This document shows positions 61,485-64,000 of a stretch of DNA of 64,000 nucleotides, one piece after another (positions within the stretch are counted from its first letter, which is position 1; each line of letters opens with the position of its first letter). The DNA comes from Solirubrobacterales bacterium. Its GTDB lineage: Bacteria > Actinomycetota > Thermoleophilia > Solirubrobacterales > JBBDJG01. Location of the stretch: contig JBBRDT010000004.1 in NCBI GenBank assembly GCA_038203635.1, positions 4,154 to 68,153 on the forward strand, in the 5' to 3' direction. The notes below the pieces were generated by a model. The model saw only the letters and a program-made list of their open reading frames with translations, had not been told where the DNA came from and did no database searches. The translations under genes and the position numbers were made by a program.

Positions 61485-62954
61485 GTGGGGGTACTACGCC
61501 TGGGTCTGACCCTGGTTGCCTCACTCATGCTGGCGTTGGTCGTGGCCAAGCCGGCAATGGCCGGAACGGCCCGCGTGATAGCCGCGGGTGGCAAGGTCAC
61601 GCTCGAATACGTCGCCCTGGACGGTGAGACGAACACCGTCACGATCACCCAGAACACCGGCTCGTACACCGTGACCGATGCGACCGCGCCGGTCAGTGCC
61701 CCGGTCGGAGAGGGATGCACAGTCGCGGCTGGCGTGGCGACCTGCGCCGATCCGAGCACGCTGGGCGCGATCCAGGCGATCAAGGTCGACCTGGGCAACT
61801 TCGACGACGCGGTCGACATCGATGCTTCCGTCCGCTCAGAACTGCTCGGCCGTGCAGGCGCCGACAATCTCACCGGAGGCGATGGCGTTGACTTCGTCAA
61901 CGGGAATGCCGGCGCCGACACGATCAACGTCCGCGGCGCAGGACGGGATACGGTGCTGTCATGCGACGACCCCGGTGACGCGGTGATCTCCGATCCGGAC
62001 GACACCGTCGCGGCCACCTGTACCGACAACAACGTCGCCCCCGCGACCACCGTCACCAGTGGCCCGGCCCCGGTCACGAACGACACGACGCCCTCTTTCT
62101 CGTTCGCCCCGGTGCTGCCCAAGGAGAACGTGACCGGCTTCGAGTGCATGGTCGAGCCGATCGACGACGGTGTCTTCGGCTGCGGCACACCGTTCCAGGA
62201 GACGGCCGAGCTTGCGGACGGCCCCTACGTCCTCCGGGTACGAGCTCTCGACGACGCCCCGGGAGCAGGGCCTTGGACGCTTTACGGCTTCAGAGTCGAT
62301 ACGACCGAGCCCCAGGTCAACGTGACCGGTCCGCTGGCCAGCACCACGGCGCAGACGACCTTCGACCTCTCGTCGAACGAGACCGTCACCTTCGAGTGCG
62401 CACTCGATCAAGCTGCCTTCGCCGCGTGCGGCTCCCCCTACACCACCCCCGTGCTGGCCAACGGCTCATACGTCATGGCCGTGCGTGCCACGGATGCGGC
62501 AGGCAACCAGGCCACTGCCGAGTTCTCGTTCACCGTGCAGGTGACGGCGGGTGGAGGAGGTGGCGGCGGCGGCGCGCCGAACCCGCCGGTCCAGCCACGG
62601 CGCATCATCATCGAGTCCCTCGTCTTGATTTCGGGCCGGGCAGTGAAGATGTCGCGCAAGGGTGAGGTGTCGATCGGGCTGCAGTGCGCCGGTACCAATA
62701 GCTGCAAGGGCCGCATGACCATCACGACCGCCGAGCCCACTAAGCGCAGGAGCAGGAAGCTGGAACGGCTTGGGTCCGTGAAGTTCTCGATCGCAGCAAA
62801 CAAGAAGAAGAACGTGAAGGTGCGCTTCTCCAAGAGCAAGCGCAAGCTTGCCAAGCGGCTGAAGCGCTTCAAGGCGAAGGTCGTGATCACCGAGGTCGAC
62901 CAGCGCGGCAACGCGCGCGTCTCGAGTCGCGTCTTCGTTCTGCGCGCTCGCTGA
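61485..62954 (+). CDS. Secreted protein: N-terminal Cys-pair domain, short Ca-binding repeats, Ig-like domains, basic C-terminal domain (start uncertain)
   Basis: Signal peptide ...AKPAMA, GxxGxDxL repeats, FEC.LD...C.SP and VRATDAAGN Ig-like motifs, poly-Gly linker, K/R-rich tail. Confidence 0.83.
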   Translation: MGVLRLGLTLVASLMLALVVAKPAMAGTARVIAAGGKVTLEYVALDGETNTVTITQNTGSYTVTDATAPVSAPVGEGCTVAAGVATCADPSTLGAIQAIKVDLGNFDDAVDIDASVRSELLGRAGADNLTGGDGVDFVNGNAGADTINVRGAGRDTVLSCDDPGDAVISDPDDTVAATCTDNNVAPATTVTSGPAPVTNDTTPSFSFAPVLPKENVTGFECMVEPIDDGVFGCGTPFQETAELADGPYVLRVRALDDAPGAGPWTLYGFRVDTTEPQVNVTGPLASTTAQTTFDLSSNETVTFECALDQAAFAACGSPYTTPVLANGSYVMAVRATDAAGNQATAEFSFTVQVTAGGGGGGGGAPNPPVQPRRIIIESLVLISGRAVKMSRKGEVSIGLQCAGTNSCKGRMTITTAEPTKRRSRKLERLGSVKFSIAANKKKNVKVRFSKSKRKLAKRLKRFKAKVVITEVDQRGNARVSSRVFVLRAR

Positions 62955-63021
62955 CCGCCTTCTGGGCGCCGGAGGGCGCGGAGTAGAATCGCGCCCGACC
63001 GCTCACTAGGAGGGCAGCTGG

Positions 63022-64000
63022 ATGGCCGTCACTACGGGCACTGGGAACAGACCGGGCGTCGCCGGCAGCGACGCGAGCCAGGGCCGGCTCGACTCGTTCA
63101 ACCCGGCGACCGGTGAGTTGGCCGGCTCGGTCCCGACGATCACTCCCGATCAGGTGCAGTCGATCGTGGACGATGTCGCCGGCGTCCAGCCGTTCTGGGC
63201 CCAGCTGTCGCTCGCGGATCGCGCTCGCTACCTGCGGCGTGCGGCGCAGGTGCTCCTCGATCACTCGGACGAGATCGCCATGTTGATCTCGCGCGAGCAG
63301 GGCAAGCCTCGGCTCGAGGCGTACACGATGGAGCTGCTCCCCACGATCGACGCGCTGCACTGGTGCGCCGACAATGGGCCGCGCATCCTGGGCGACGAAC
63401 GGATCCCGCACCCGCAGCTCATGCTCAAGCAGAAGAAGAGCAAGTTCGTATACGAGCCGATCGGTGTCGTCGGCGTGATCGCACCCTGGAACTACCCGTG
63501 GTCGATCCCGTTCGGTGAGGTGGCAATCGCGCTGATGGCGGGCAACGGAGTGGTGCTGAAGCCGGCCTCGCTCACCCCCCTGATCGGCCGGCGGATACAG
63601 GACGTGTTCGAGCGCGCAGGACTTCCGGAGGGCCTGCTGCAGACGGTGCATGGGGGCGGCGCTGTCGGCCAGGCGCTCGTCGAGTCTTCCGCCGGAAAGA
63701 TCTTCTTCACGGGATCGGTCGACGTCGGCCGCGGCGTCGGCGAGGAATGTGCCCGCCGGATGAAGGGCTGCGTGCTTGAGCTGGGGGGCAAGGACCCGCA
63801 GATCGTCTGCTCCGACGCCAATCTGCTCCACGCAATCTCAGGTGCCGTGTGGGGCGGATTCTCGAATGCGGGGCAGACCTGCTCCGGGATCGAGCGCACA
63901 TATGTGCTGGAGGACGTGGCCGATCGCTTCATCGACGGTGTCGTGCGCGAGGCCGGCCGCCTGCGCGTCGGTGACCCGACGGACTGGAGCACCGAGATCG
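63022..64000 (+). CDS. Aldehyde dehydrogenase family protein, 3'-truncated by window edge
   Basis: Not in ORF track; read manually: SFNPATGE, IAPWNYP, FTGS, ELGGKDP, NAGQTC; TAGAAT and AGGAGG upstream. Confidence 0.9.
   Translation, partial: MAVTTGTGNRPGVAGSDASQGRLDSFNPATGELAGSVPTITPDQVQSIVDDVAGVQPFWAQLSLADRARYLRRAAQVLLDHSDEIAMLISREQGKPRLEAYTMELLPTIDALHWCADNGPRILGDERIPHPQLMLKQKKSKFVYEPIGVVGVIAPWNYPWSIPFGEVAIALMAGNGVVLKPASLTPLIGRRIQDVFERAGLPEGLLQTVHGGGAVGQALVESSAGKIFFTGSVDVGRGVGEECARRMKGCVLELGGKDPQIVCSDANLLHAISGAVWGGFSNAGQTCSGIERTYVLEDVADRFIDGVVREAGRLRVGDPTDWSTEI

Overview
GC-rich bacterial DNA. Gene content and the secreted-protein families suggest Actinomycetota, probably Thermoleophilia/Solirubrobacterales (inference). 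The first ~26.9 kb is a tightly coupled 21-gene glycoconjugate biosynthesis cluster whose first gene is cut by the window edge. It encodes a clan GH-A hydrolase/GT2 fusion, an MsbA-like ABC exporter, several GT2/GT4 enzymes, four paralogues of an unusual GT-B-like family, four sulfotransferases, three SAM methyltransferases, an APH/choline-kinase-like enzyme, a ChbG/YdjC deacetylase and APS kinase (cysC). An unnamed ~115-aa domain recurs six times across five of its proteins. Next come secreted/surface proteins; across the window these share two unnamed C-terminal modules (a Lys/Arg-rich domain in three proteins and a Cys-containing domain ending F-x-TQG-x-F-x-P in two). A diverged ~1-kb duplication of a lipoprotein pair flanks a GT4 gene. 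The rest is housekeeping (ltaE, otsB, polX, ppm1, trxA, ileS, fumC, gabD, ychF, mce, FtsH-like, rarA, aldehyde dehydrogenase). No rRNA, tRNA, CRISPR array or transposase was recognised. All calls come from motifs read by eye; no searches were run.
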